Shown one piece after another: positions 1 to 7,556 of a stretch of DNA of 13,159 nucleotides. A program made the position numbers and the translations under genes. The DNA is from an uncultured Deinococcales bacterium (lineage in GTDB: Bacteria > Deinococcota > Deinococci > Deinococcales > JAAFIG01), in assembly GCA_964244895.1 (NCBI GenBank), contig CAXTKV010000154.1, positions 1 to 13,159 on the forward strand, given 5' to 3'. The notes beneath the pieces were generated by a model. It did no database searches, was not told the origin of the DNA, and worked only from the letters and a program-made list of their open reading frames with translations. Position 1 is the first letter of the stretch; every line of letters begins with the position of its first letter.

Positions 1-94
1 TGCGCCCGAGACAGCGCGATACACGAGCAGAACTCGAGCAGCCACCCTCGCCACTCGAGCCCACTCTGAGTTCTGCCCCTGAGTTGTGAGCGCT

Positions 95-1063
95 TTACGT
101 GAACAAGCTCGAGACGCTCTCGCCCGTGTGGATGCGTTGAATGGCTTCCGCAAAAAGCGGTGCGACCGACAAGACCTTCAGCTTCGGCGTGGCATCGAGC
201 TTTTTCTTCGAGACGTGAACGCTGTTCGTAGAGACGCATTCCACGATGTCCAACGCGTTGATGCGTTCGACCGCAGGCCCGACGTACACGCCGTGAGAGC
301 ACGCCACGTAGACCTCGCTGGCGCCTTCCTCGCGCACCATGTTGACGGCCTCGACCAACGTGCCCGCCGTGGAAATCTCGTCGTCCACGATCAGCGCGAT
401 CTTGCCCTTGACCTCACCGATCAAGCCCCTGGATTCGACCTTCGTGTCCGAGATGCGGCGCTTGTCGATGAAGGCCAAGCCCGCGTCCAGACGCCTGGAC
501 ATGCTCGACGCGCGTTTGATGTCGCCCGCGTCGGTGGCGACCACGACGACATCCTCCATGTTTTCAAAGATCGTGAAGAAATGGTTGGCGGTCACGACTT
601 CGCTGGAGAGGTGATCCATCGGAATCTTGAAGAATCCGTGCACCTGCGGCGAGTGCAGCGTCATCGTCAGAATCCGATCCGCGCCCGCCGTCTGAATCAA
701 GTCCGCGATCAAACGCGCCGCGATACTGATGCGCGGTTCGTCCTTTTTGTCGGAGCGCGCGTACGAAAAATACGGAATCACGACCGTCACCCGCGCCGCG
801 CTCGCGCCCTTGGCGGCATCCACCATCAACAAGAGTTCCAGAAGCGCATCCGAGACGTTTAAATTCGTGTCCTCGTTGGTGGACAACGACTGCACCAAAA
901 ACACGTCCGATTCGCGCAAGGATTCCTTGAAACGCGCGATGAAATTGTCGTTCGAGAGCCGCTGCGTTTCCGAACGACCCAAAGGAATGCCGATCTGATC
1001 GCAGATTTCTTGTGCCAGACCAGGGTTCGACATGCCGGTAAAGACCTTCAAGGAGCGTTCCAT
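95..1063 (-). CDS. prs: Ribose-phosphate pyrophosphokinase (PRPP synthetase)
   Basis: 322 aa with typical motifs [31 protein letters not shown] and PRPP-binding [19 protein letters not shown] (+ strand cctcc 1070-1074) upstream. Confidence 0.97.
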   Translation of the reverse strand: MERSLKVFTGMSNPGLAQEICDQIGIPLGRSETQRLSNDNFIARFKESLRESDVFLVQSLSTNEDTNLNVSDALLELLLMVDAAKGASAARVTVVIPYFSYARSDKKDEPRISIAARLIADLIQTAGADRILTMTLHSPQVHGFFKIPMDHLSSEVVTANHFFTIFENMEDVVVVATDAGDIKRASSMSRRLDAGLAFIDKRRISDTKVESRGLIGEVKGKIALIVDDEISTAGTLVEAVNMVREEGASEVYVACSHGVYVGPAVERINALDIVECVSTNSVHVSKKKLDATPKLKVLSVAPLFAEAIQRIHTGESVSSLFT

Positions 1064-1208
1064 TCACTGCCTCCGAGACGCACGTGTTTTCGCTCGAGCG
1101 ACCACCTTCGGGTTCTTCTCGGGCGCGCCCAGCATAACCTCGCGCGTCCCGAGCCTCAAGGCGTGAAACCCGAAGTTTCAGGAACCGCGATGGGGACGGA
1201 AAAGAACC

Positions 1209-1363
1209 AGCCACAAGCCGCAAGCCTCGAGCCTCAAGCGAGATCAATGGCTGCACCGTGATCCGACTCCACCTTGAGCTTCGCTGGTGCGAGACCGCTG
1301 GGTTTCCCTTGAGGCTTGCGGCCTGCAACTCGAAGTTTGCGGCTCATCGCTCGAGGCTCACAG
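1209..1363. repeat. Two oppositely oriented degenerate heptamer arrays
   Basis: AGCCACA-AGCCGCA-AGCCTCG-AGCCTCA at 1209-1236 and CTTGAGG-CTTGCGG-CCTGCAA-CTCGAAG-TTTGCGG-CTCATCG-CTCGAGG at 1308-1356. Confidence 0.6.
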
Positions 1364-2656
1364 CCCTCCCGCTCGTACCGCCCGAGCCCGCGTCAGCATG
1401 ACCGCGAACAACGGCCAACTGCCGACGATCAGCCCGACCCAACCGACCGCAGAAAAACCGAGCGCGTTGATCACCAGCCCGCCGCCGAACGCACCCGCCG
1501 CGCCCGACAACCACGAGAGCATGTCCGCCAGCCCCTGCGTGCGCGCCCGCTCGTTCGGGCGCAGGTGATCGGCCAGCAGCGCGGACCCCGCCACGTTGCA
1601 AAAATTCCAGCCCAAACCCAGCATGAACAGCGCCAACCCGAGTTCCAGCACGCCGACCGTCAGCACCGCCAGCAGACCCGCCAGCATCAGTTGCAGCGCG
1701 CCCAGCATGGCCACGCTGCGCCGCCCCAACCGATCCACCAGTTGCCCGGTCAACCACGAAAACCCGAACATCCCGAAAATATGCACCGTGATCACGCCCG
1801 AGATCGTCGGTAAGCCCTGACCGAGGTGCTTGAGGTGGACGGGCGTCAAGACCATCAGCATCGTCATCACGCCCTGCGCGACCACCAGGCAGACCAGCGC
1901 CAGTTGCAACTCCGGCAGGCGCAACAGTTCCTTGACCGAACGCGCGGATGGAACAATCTGGCTCGAGACGGATGAACTCGAGGTTGGCGAATCGGGTGCG
2001 AGGTGCGCCGCTTTCGGCCTGAACAGCGTAACGATCAACACGAAACCCAAGAACAAGAAGGCCGACGCCATCAACCAGCCCAGCTTTTCGGCCTGCACGT
2101 TGTACGACTTCGCCAGCGATTGCAGCGTCGGCGAGAAGGCCGTCGCCAGCAGTGAACCCAGCACGGAACCCGAGACGATCGTGCCGATCACGCGACCGCG
2201 AACGCTGGCCGGAACCATCTCCGCCGCCGCATAACGCGCCTGGTTGACGGTTCCGTTGCACCAGCCGATCAGTGCGCCACCGATCAAAAAGCCCACGAAA
2301 TTCCCCGAGAGCGCCATCCACGCGCCCAACAGCGCGCCCGCCGCGCCCACGCCATAGCCCAGCGCTAACCCGACCCGCCGCCCACGAGAAGCCATGATCC
2401 GACCCGAGACGAACGCCGCCAACGCCGATGCGCAGGCGTTCAACGCGCTCGGCAAACCCGAAAGCCTGTCAGATCCCGTCAGGTACAGCACGATCACCGA
2501 CGCCAGCGATGTACTCGAGACGATGCTGCCGTTGGTCAGCGCCTGACACGCGAACAGCACGATCAGGTTTCGCCTCGCGCCGCCCGACGCATCGCGCCAC
2601 ACTGAAGACAACGTGATTGAAGGCGACGGGACACCAGACGTGGATTGAAGGCTCAC
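1358..2656 (-). CDS. MFS transporter
   Basis: 432 aa, about 12 hydrophobic segments, motif A-like GRIMASRGRR and GQLVDRLGRR; GTG start preceded by TAGGCT-N6. Confidence 0.92.
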   Translation of the reverse strand: MSLQSTSGVPSPSITLSSVWRDASGGARRNLIVLFACQALTNGSIVSSTSLASVIVLYLTGSDRLSGLPSALNACASALAAFVSGRIMASRGRRVGLALGYGVGAAGALLGAWMALSGNFVGFLIGGALIGWCNGTVNQARYAAAEMVPASVRGRVIGTIVSGSVLGSLLATAFSPTLQSLAKSYNVQAEKLGWLMASAFLFLGFVLIVTLFRPKAAHLAPDSPTSSSSVSSQIVPSARSVKELLRLPELQLALVCLVVAQGVMTMLMVLTPVHLKHLGQGLPTISGVITVHIFGMFGFSWLTGQLVDRLGRRSVAMLGALQLMLAGLLAVLTVGVLELGLALFMLGLGWNFCNVAGSALLADHLRPNERARTQGLADMLSWLSGAAGAFGGGLVINALGFSAVGWVGLIVGSWPLFAVMLTRARAVRAGGL

Positions 2657-2723
2657 AGCTCCAGCCTACCGTCCTGATGATCTCGCGCGTCAAAGCCGAG
2701 ACGAAGCTCGAGAACAGCGTGTT

Positions 2724-2793
2724 GCGCCGGTCGTTCCTGGCGCACGAAGACGTACCGCGCCGGTCGTTCCCGGCGCACGAAGACGTACCGCGC
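2724..2793. repeat. 33-bp tandem direct duplication
   Basis: gcgccggtcgttcc(t/c)ggcgcacgaagacgtacc twice (2724-2756, 2757-2789), one mismatch, followed by gcgc. Confidence 0.9.
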
Positions 2794-2830
2794 ACACCCT
2801 GGAAAAAGCGTCCTAGACGGTCTTTTCAGG

Positions 2831-3541
2831 TCACCAGGTCACCAGGTCGTCCGTCAGGTGCGAAAGGCGGTTCATGTAGGCCACGCGAACGTGCTCGAGT
2901 TCGTGTTCGTGCACATCAAACCGCGTCAACCCCGTGTTGTTCATCACGAACCAGTACGGCCCAAGTTCAGGCAATTCCAGTACCGTCGCCATCAGAAACG
3001 CAAAGAAAGCGCCGTGAGACACGACCGCCACCCGATCACTCGTGCCGCCGTGACGCGCTCGCAACTCCGCCCAGGCGCGCCGCGCGCGAGGCATGTACGC
3101 CTCCTCGGTCTCGTGGGGCCGCGACCACCAGCCGCCATTCGCGCCCCAGCCGCCGGGCAAGCGCACGCCCGGAAACCGCTCCGCGAAATACGAGCGATCC
3201 TTGCCCGGCCCGCCCTCGCGCTCACCGGCATCGTTGGCGTTCCAGATGCCACCGACCTCGTGCCAGTCGTCCCAGACCATCACCTCAAGATTGGCCGCCC
3301 GACTCACCTCGAGCGCCGTGTTGACCGCCCGCACCATCGGGGAAGCGTACAGGTGCGTCAACTTGAACCCGTCCGGCTCGAGCGGGTCCGCGTTGGCCCC
3401 GATGAACTGGCCAAGCAAAGCCGCCTGCCGCTCCCCGACCGGGGTCAGTTCCGGGTCGTCGCTGCGTCCCACGTCCGAAGCCGTGGTGTCGTATAGGGCG
3501 TTGTTCGCAGATTGCGCGTGGCGAATGAAGTAAAGACGCAT
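2831..3541 (-). CDS. Histidine phosphatase (phosphoglycerate mutase-like) family protein
   Basis: Starts MRLYFIRHAQS (RHG-like motif), with LTPVGERQA, YASPMVRAVNTA, VVSHG and NTGLTRFD; ATG at 3541 preferred over 3586, preceded by TACTGT-N5. Confidence 0.9.
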   Translation of the reverse strand: MRLYFIRHAQSANNALYDTTASDVGRSDDPELTPVGERQAALLGQFIGANADPLEPDGFKLTHLYASPMVRAVNTALEVSRAANLEVMVWDDWHEVGGIWNANDAGEREGGPGKDRSYFAERFPGVRLPGGWGANGGWWSRPHETEEAYMPRARRAWAELRARHGGTSDRVAVVSHGAFFAFLMATVLELPELGPYWFVMNNTGLTRFDVHEHELEHVRVAYMNRLSHLTDDLVTW

Positions 3542-3637
3542 GGCGAACAGTATTTCATGGGCTCGAGAACACTGTCCCAGACGCAAACCAAAGAATGCGT
3601 GCTGGACGGTGTTTTTGCGCGCCGCATCCGTATCAGA

Positions 3638-3666
3638 TTGACGCGAGTCACGAGAACCACTACCAT
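3638..3666 (+). promoter_or_regulatory. Putative sigma70-type promoter for the Zn-ribbon gene leader
   Basis: TTGACG (3638-3643), 17-nt spacer, TACCAT (3661-3666). Confidence 0.6.
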
Positions 3667-3863
3667 TCGTGAGCGTTTTAACCCCAACAGCGCGGTTTCC
3701 GAACCTTCAGCCACTTCGGAATTGACACCCTCGCGCGGCTGCACGGATTGCCCGAGCCACACAACACGCATCAGGCTCGAGCGCCACCGGATTCGTTGAT
3801 CGGTGGTTCGTTTTCGTTTCCCTCGAGATCGCAGCCGTCTCGTCCAACACGGCTGCCACACGG

Positions 3864-4133
3864 ATGTACAGATGCCAGATTTGCAACACCATCGTTTCCG
3901 CCAACACGCCCGCCAACCGCGTCGTGCTCGAGTCTCGAGCGAGGCAGTACCCGAAAAGAAAAGATGTGTTCCTCAAGCCGGATCCCAACAAGAAAGGGTC
4001 AAGACGAAAGCCAAAGAAGCCCGAGTACACCGATGATCCCGGCGGCGTGGGTTTTGAAACCGTGCGCGAGGTGATCGCGTGTGCTGCGTGTACTGCGGTG
4101 GCTCGAGGCGCTCAAACAACTCGAACTGGCTGA
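3864..4133 (+). CDS. Small basic putative zinc-ribbon protein
   Basis: 89 aa with N-terminal CQIC and C-terminal CAAC flanking a K/R-rich segment; fills the gap between genes and is followed by a hairpin. Confidence 0.75.
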   Translation: MYRCQICNTIVSANTPANRVVLESRARQYPKRKDVFLKPDPNKKGSRRKPKKPEYTDDPGGVGFETVREVIACAACTAVARGAQTTRTG

Positions 4134-4143
4134 GGATCATACG

Positions 4144-4172
4144 GGACGGTTCTCCCGAGTGGAGAACCGTCC
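4144..4172. terminator. Hairpin between convergent genes (REP-like)
   Basis: ggacggttctcc-cgagt-ggagaaccgtcc perfect 12-bp stem; no clear U-tract. Confidence 0.5.
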
Positions 4173-4182
4173 TCGACAATGT

Positions 4183-5457
4183 TCACGGCGTCAAACGGTT
4201 GCGGTCGCGCGGGAACGCCCTGGCGTAACGCACGTTCTGAATGCCCAGAATCTTGGCGGTCAAGCGTTCCGCCCCGATCGCCAGCCCGCCGTGGGGCGGC
4301 ATGCCGTGCTTGAAGACTTCCAGGTACGCGCCGAAACCTTCGGGTTTGACGTTTTTGGCGGCCATCCGCTCGAGCAGCATGTCGTAGTCGTGAACGCGTT
4401 GCCCGCCGGAAGTAATCTCGATGCCCCGGAACAGCAGGTCGAAGCTGCGCGTCAGGCCGTCATCGGTGGGGTACGCGTAGAACGGTCTGGCGTCCTGCGG
4501 ATAGCGCGTGACGAACACGAAATCCGTGCCCTCGGTCTCCAGGTAATACCGGGAAAGGAGGCGTTCGCCTTCGGGGTCAATGTCCTTGCCGCCGACGCTG
4601 TAGCCGTATTTTTCTTTGATCAGTGCCCTCGCCTCCAAAAGCGGGATGCGCGGGATGCGGTCGGGCGCGGCGGGTGGTTCGATCTCGAGGAGCGCGAATT
4701 CCGGGGCGCAATCGGTGGTGATTTGCCGCATCATCTGCGCCAGGACGCGGGTTTCGGTTTCCATCACGTCCTCTTCGGAATCGATAAATCCCATCTCCAA
4801 ATCCAGGCTCATGTATTCGTTCAGGTGGCGGCTGGTGGCGTGCTCTTCGGCCCGGTAGACGGGTGCGCATTCAAACACGCGCTCGAACACGCCGACCATG
4901 ATCTGCTTGTAAACCTGCGGGCTTTGCGCCAAATACGCTTTTTTCTCGAAATAATCGACCGTAAAAAGGTTCGCGCCGCCTTCAGCACCCGCGCTGACAA
5001 TCTTGGGCGTGAAGATTTCGGTGAAATCTTCACTGATGAGCGCCTGGCGGAAGCCCTGGATCAGGCTGGCCTGGACGCGCAGCACGGCGCGTTCGCGCAG
5101 GCCGCGAAGGGAAACGTAGCGGTAGTCCAGCAGCGTTTCCGGGTTGGCTTTCCATTCTTCCTTGCTGACCTCGACGGGCGCGGGGTGGGTGGCGCGGGTG
5201 ATGATCTCGAGGTGTGATCCCTGGACTTCAATGCCGCCGGGTGCGCGAGGGTTCTCGACCACTTTTCCGGTGACGGACACGCTCGATTCCAGGATCGGCA
5301 CGTCGATGCTTTTTGAGAGGACGCACTGCGCGGTTCCGGTGCGGTCGCGCAGCACCAGGAATTGAATTCCGCCGAGGTCGCGACGGAAGTGAACCCAGCC
5401 TTTGAGGGTGACTTCCTGGTTGACGTGGTTTTTGAGTTGGGAGGTCAGGACGCGCAT
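4183..5457 (-). CDS. aspS: Non-discriminating aspartyl-tRNA(Asp/Asn) synthetase, short archaeal-type (AspRS2)
   Basis: 424 aa lacking the large bacterial insertion domain; OB-fold GWVHFRRDLGGIQF, AYLAQSPQVYKQ, motif 2 YRAEEHATSRHLNEY, motif 3 GMPPHGGLAIGAERL; WVH His and APGG Pro typical of ND enzymes; SD AGGAGA. Confidence 0.96.
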   Translation of the reverse strand: MRVLTSQLKNHVNQEVTLKGWVHFRRDLGGIQFLVLRDRTGTAQCVLSKSIDVPILESSVSVTGKVVENPRAPGGIEVQGSHLEIITRATHPAPVEVSKEEWKANPETLLDYRYVSLRGLRERAVLRVQASLIQGFRQALISEDFTEIFTPKIVSAGAEGGANLFTVDYFEKKAYLAQSPQVYKQIMVGVFERVFECAPVYRAEEHATSRHLNEYMSLDLEMGFIDSEEDVMETETRVLAQMMRQITTDCAPEFALLEIEPPAAPDRIPRIPLLEARALIKEKYGYSVGGKDIDPEGERLLSRYYLETEGTDFVFVTRYPQDARPFYAYPTDDGLTRSFDLLFRGIEITSGGQRVHDYDMLLERMAAKNVKPEGFGAYLEVFKHGMPPHGGLAIGAERLTAKILGIQNVRYARAFPRDRNRLTP

Positions 5458-5508
5458 GGTGGTTCTCCTGGTTTTGGAAGTCTGGAGTCTGGGTTGGGTT
5501 CAGCCAAA

Positions 5509-5533
5509 GCCCCGCGAGGAAGGCTCGCGGGGC
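5509..5533 (-). other. GC-rich hairpin in aspS leader
   Basis: gccccgcgag-gaagg-ctcgcggggc perfect 10-bp stem followed on - strand by only TTT. Confidence 0.7.
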
Positions 5534-5535
5534 GG

Positions 5536-5610
5536 TCAATCTCGAGAATCCAGGGTGATCCTGGCGCGGGTCGCGCGCACCGTGATGCTCTGGGCTCGAG
5601 TTGAACGCAT
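5536..5610 (-). CDS. Putative 24-aa second uORF (MRSTRAQSITVRATRARITLDSRD)
   Basis: GAGGAGG SD 5 nt before ATG at 5610; TGA at 5538-5536. Confidence 0.4.
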   Translation of the reverse strand: MRSTRAQSITVRATRARITLDSRD

Positions 5611-5625
5611 GGCTGCCTCCTCACG

Positions 5626-5653
5626 AAAAAACCCCGGACGTGTGGTCCGGGGT
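5626..5653 (-). terminator. Intrinsic attenuator terminator upstream of aspS
   Basis: - strand ACCCCGGAC-CACAC-GTCCGGGG-TTTTTT. Confidence 0.88.
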
Positions 5654-5680
5654 GTTGGTTCAAGACCGACGCCCCGACGA

Positions 5681-5740
5681 TCAATTGTCGTCGGTGTTGC
5701 CGAGGTCGGGGCGGTTTGGGTCGTTTGGGCGCGCGAACAT
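5681..5740 (-). CDS. Asn/Asp-rich attenuation leader peptide MFARPNDPNRPDLGNTDDN
   Basis: atg ttc gcg cgc cca aac gac cca aac cgc ccc gac ctc ggc aac acc gac gac aat tga; 4 Asn + 4 Asp of 19 codons; TATACT 6 nt before ATG. Confidence 0.85.
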   Translation of the reverse strand: MFARPNDPNRPDLGNTDDN

Positions 5741-5746
5741 CTCGGG

Positions 5747-5776
5747 AGTATACGCGGGGCGTTTCGGGCCGGTCAA
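5747..5776 (-). promoter_or_regulatory. aspS leader promoter (leaderless start at leader peptide ATG)
   Basis: - strand TTGACC (5776-5771), 18-nt spacer, TATACT (5752-5747), CCCGAG, ATG. Confidence 0.8.
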
Positions 5777-5865
5777 GGCGAGGGCGCGTCTGAGCGCGTT
5801 CCGTCAGCAACGGGGTTCTCGAGATCGAAAGAACATCGTCTGGGACGGTGTTCCTGGTGGGTCTG

Positions 5866-5895
5866 TTGACGCCTCCTCGCCATCCGCCGTATTCT
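5866..5895 (+). promoter_or_regulatory. Putative promoter of dinB cluster
   Basis: TTGACG (5866-5871), 18-nt spacer, TATTCT (5890-5895). Confidence 0.65.
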
Positions 5896-5910
5896 GCCTG
5901 AAACAGAATA
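5890..5910. promoter_or_regulatory. Palindromic operator, RDRM (DdrO box)-like
   Basis: TATTCTG-N7-CAGAATA; 17-bp core TTCTGCCTGAAACAGAA (5892-5908) overlapping the -10 box and predicted TSS. Confidence 0.65.
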
Positions 5911-5922
5911 ACGGGGGCAAAG

Positions 5923-6378
5923 ATGAGCGGATCAGAAATCGGGGCGATCTTCAACCGCAACCTGGACAGGCTAGAGCGGAACCTGGATGGGCTCGATGGA
6001 ACGGATTTTCTGGTGCGCGTCTCCGAGGACGGCTCGCACCTGAACTGGTTGCTCGGGCACGTGCTGCACGCCAGGGTCTGCCTGATCCGCGACCTGGGCG
6101 GCTTCGCGCACCCGGACGAAAGGCTGCTCGAGACGGCCTACGCGAAGGGCACGCGCGCCTCGAACGCCGAAACCTTCCCGACCCGAATTCTGCGCGATGC
6201 GCTCAGAGACAACCAGACCGCGCTCGAGGAGACGCTTTCCGCGACCGACCTGACCCAATCCGGCCCGCGTTCGGGCACGCTGGAGGATCGGGCGGCGTTG
6301 ATGGCCTGGCACGAGACGTACCACGTCGGGCAATCCGGCGTGCTGAGACGGCTGGCGGGCAAACCGGGCGCAATCTAA
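5923..6378 (+). CDS. DinB/YfiT family protein
   Basis: 151 aa helical protein with HLNWLLGHV and WHETYHVGQ metal-binding motifs. Confidence 0.88.
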   Translation: MSGSEIGAIFNRNLDRLERNLDGLDGTDFLVRVSEDGSHLNWLLGHVLHARVCLIRDLGGFAHPDERLLETAYAKGTRASNAETFPTRILRDALRDNQTALEETLSATDLTQSGPRSGTLEDRAALMAWHETYHVGQSGVLRRLAGKPGAI

Positions 6379-6402
6379 GTTCCACGATTTCTGGAGGTAC
6401 GT

Positions 6403-6870
6403 ATGAACAAATTGATCGCTCAAAAAAATACCTTGATCGACCTGACGCACAACCTGCGCACCGAAATCCTGAACGCGATATCGGACGCGGATCTGGACAA
6501 GACGCTCGGCGGCGCGACCCTGAGCTTGCGCGCGCTGCTGCTCGAGCAGGCGGGGTTTCAACGCGCGTACACGGAATTGTTCAGAACCTTCGCGCTGAAA
6601 TTCGAGCCGCCGGTTCCGGATCAAACCATCGCGCTCGAGGCGATCAAAACAATGTTCAGCGCGCTGGATGCCGACATGATCGCGGCGCTCGGGGCGTTAT
6701 CGAACGAAGACCTGGCGCAAAAAGTGGATCGGAGCAACTACAAGATTCCGCTCGAGGTGACGTTTTACACCTACCGCGAATCCGTATTCATCTTCGCGGC
6801 CAAAGCCAGCGTGTACTTGCGCGCTCTGGGATACGCCTTGCCTCCGCAGGTCGCCGGTTTTATCGCGTGA
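6403..6870 (+). CDS. DinB-like helical protein lacking His ligands
   Basis: 155 aa, SD GGAGG; DinB-like layout (ISDADLDKTLGG..SLRALL, LSNEDL, YLRALG..P) without the His triad. Confidence 0.75.
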   Translation: MNKLIAQKNTLIDLTHNLRTEILNAISDADLDKTLGGATLSLRALLLEQAGFQRAYTELFRTFALKFEPPVPDQTIALEAIKTMFSALDADMIAALGALSNEDLAQKVDRSNYKIPLEVTFYTYRESVFIFAAKASVYLRALGYALPPQVAGFIA

Positions 6871-6923
6871 AGACCGTCCAGGACGGTCTTCTTTGATCTC
6901 GAGAAAACGCGTCCTGGACGGTC
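6869..6923. repeat. REP-like palindromic intergenic repeat
   Basis: gaagaccgtcc-a-ggacggtcttc followed by tttgatctcgagaaaacgcgtcctggacggtct; near-identical inverted copy at about 9427-9481. Confidence 0.85.
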
Positions 6924-6938
6924 TACGGAAGGAACGAC

Positions 6939-7439
6939 ATGACACCGAACACGCAGGAAGCCACGAAACTCGCCTGGGCATCCAATCAGAGCGTCAACGA
7001 CGTGCTTCTGGATCACCTGACCGATCCCGAAATGATGAGGGCAAAAACGCCCGGTGGTGGCTACACGGTCGCGCAGCACCTGGCGCACATGGTCGAGGTG
7101 CTGGTGAGCTGGACAAGCCAGTTCGAGCCTTCTGTCCTGAGCTTGCCCGAGCTGTACTCGGATTGGAATGAGGCTGCCCCGCAGGATTTCACCGCAGAGA
7201 CGGATGTGGACCGCGTGCGCGACGTGATGGCGCAGGCGCACCGGGCGGCCTGGGCAGCAGCGCAGGCCGCGACTTCGACCGGAAGCCTGCCGCACGCCAG
7301 CATCCCGCAGTACCTGATCCACATGATGATCCACGACGCGCACCACCGGGGCCAGATCGTGCTGGCGCTCAAGACGAACGGCTTCCCGCTGCCGGACGAC
7401 GGCGCGCTCTGGGCTCCGCTGCGCGACGCGCGACCCTGA
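6939..7439 (+). CDS. DinB/YfiT family protein
   Basis: 166 aa with TVAQHLAHM and IHDAHHRGQ motifs; SD AAGGA. Confidence 0.9.
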   Translation: MTPNTQEATKLAWASNQSVNDVLLDHLTDPEMMRAKTPGGGYTVAQHLAHMVEVLVSWTSQFEPSVLSLPELYSDWNEAAPQDFTAETDVDRVRDVMAQAHRAAWAAAQAATSTGSLPHASIPQYLIHMMIHDAHHRGQIVLALKTNGFPLPDDGALWAPLRDARP

Positions 7440-7556
7440 GAACGCGCTCGTGCCGGATCTTCTCCGAACTGCGCGGTGGTATCGATTTCGTACGACAACG
7501 CTCGCTCTTCCACCCACTGGAATGAGGACGCTGATGAGCAGCGATACGGAGTACCC

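Noticed and set aside
2724..2793. Possible mini-CRISPR
   Set aside because: Repeats are directly adjacent with no spacer, and no cas genes are present
4081..5217. 378-aa + strand ORF (and 86..862 +)
   Set aside because: Antisense mirrors of aspS and prs
5458..5780. T-box riboswitch upstream of aspS
   Set aside because: No T-box GGTGGNACC motif or stem I features on the - strand; the leader-peptide model explains the terminator better
5601..6896. 431-aa + strand ORF
   Set aside because: Alternative frame over the dinB genes and regulatory region; low-complexity Arg/Gly/Ala composition
7476..7556. N-terminal extension of the DHFR-like ORF; similar extensions at 3542-3586 and 10533-10610
   Set aside because: Family-typical or more plausible N-termini begin at the downstream starts, with SD or -10 support for the first two
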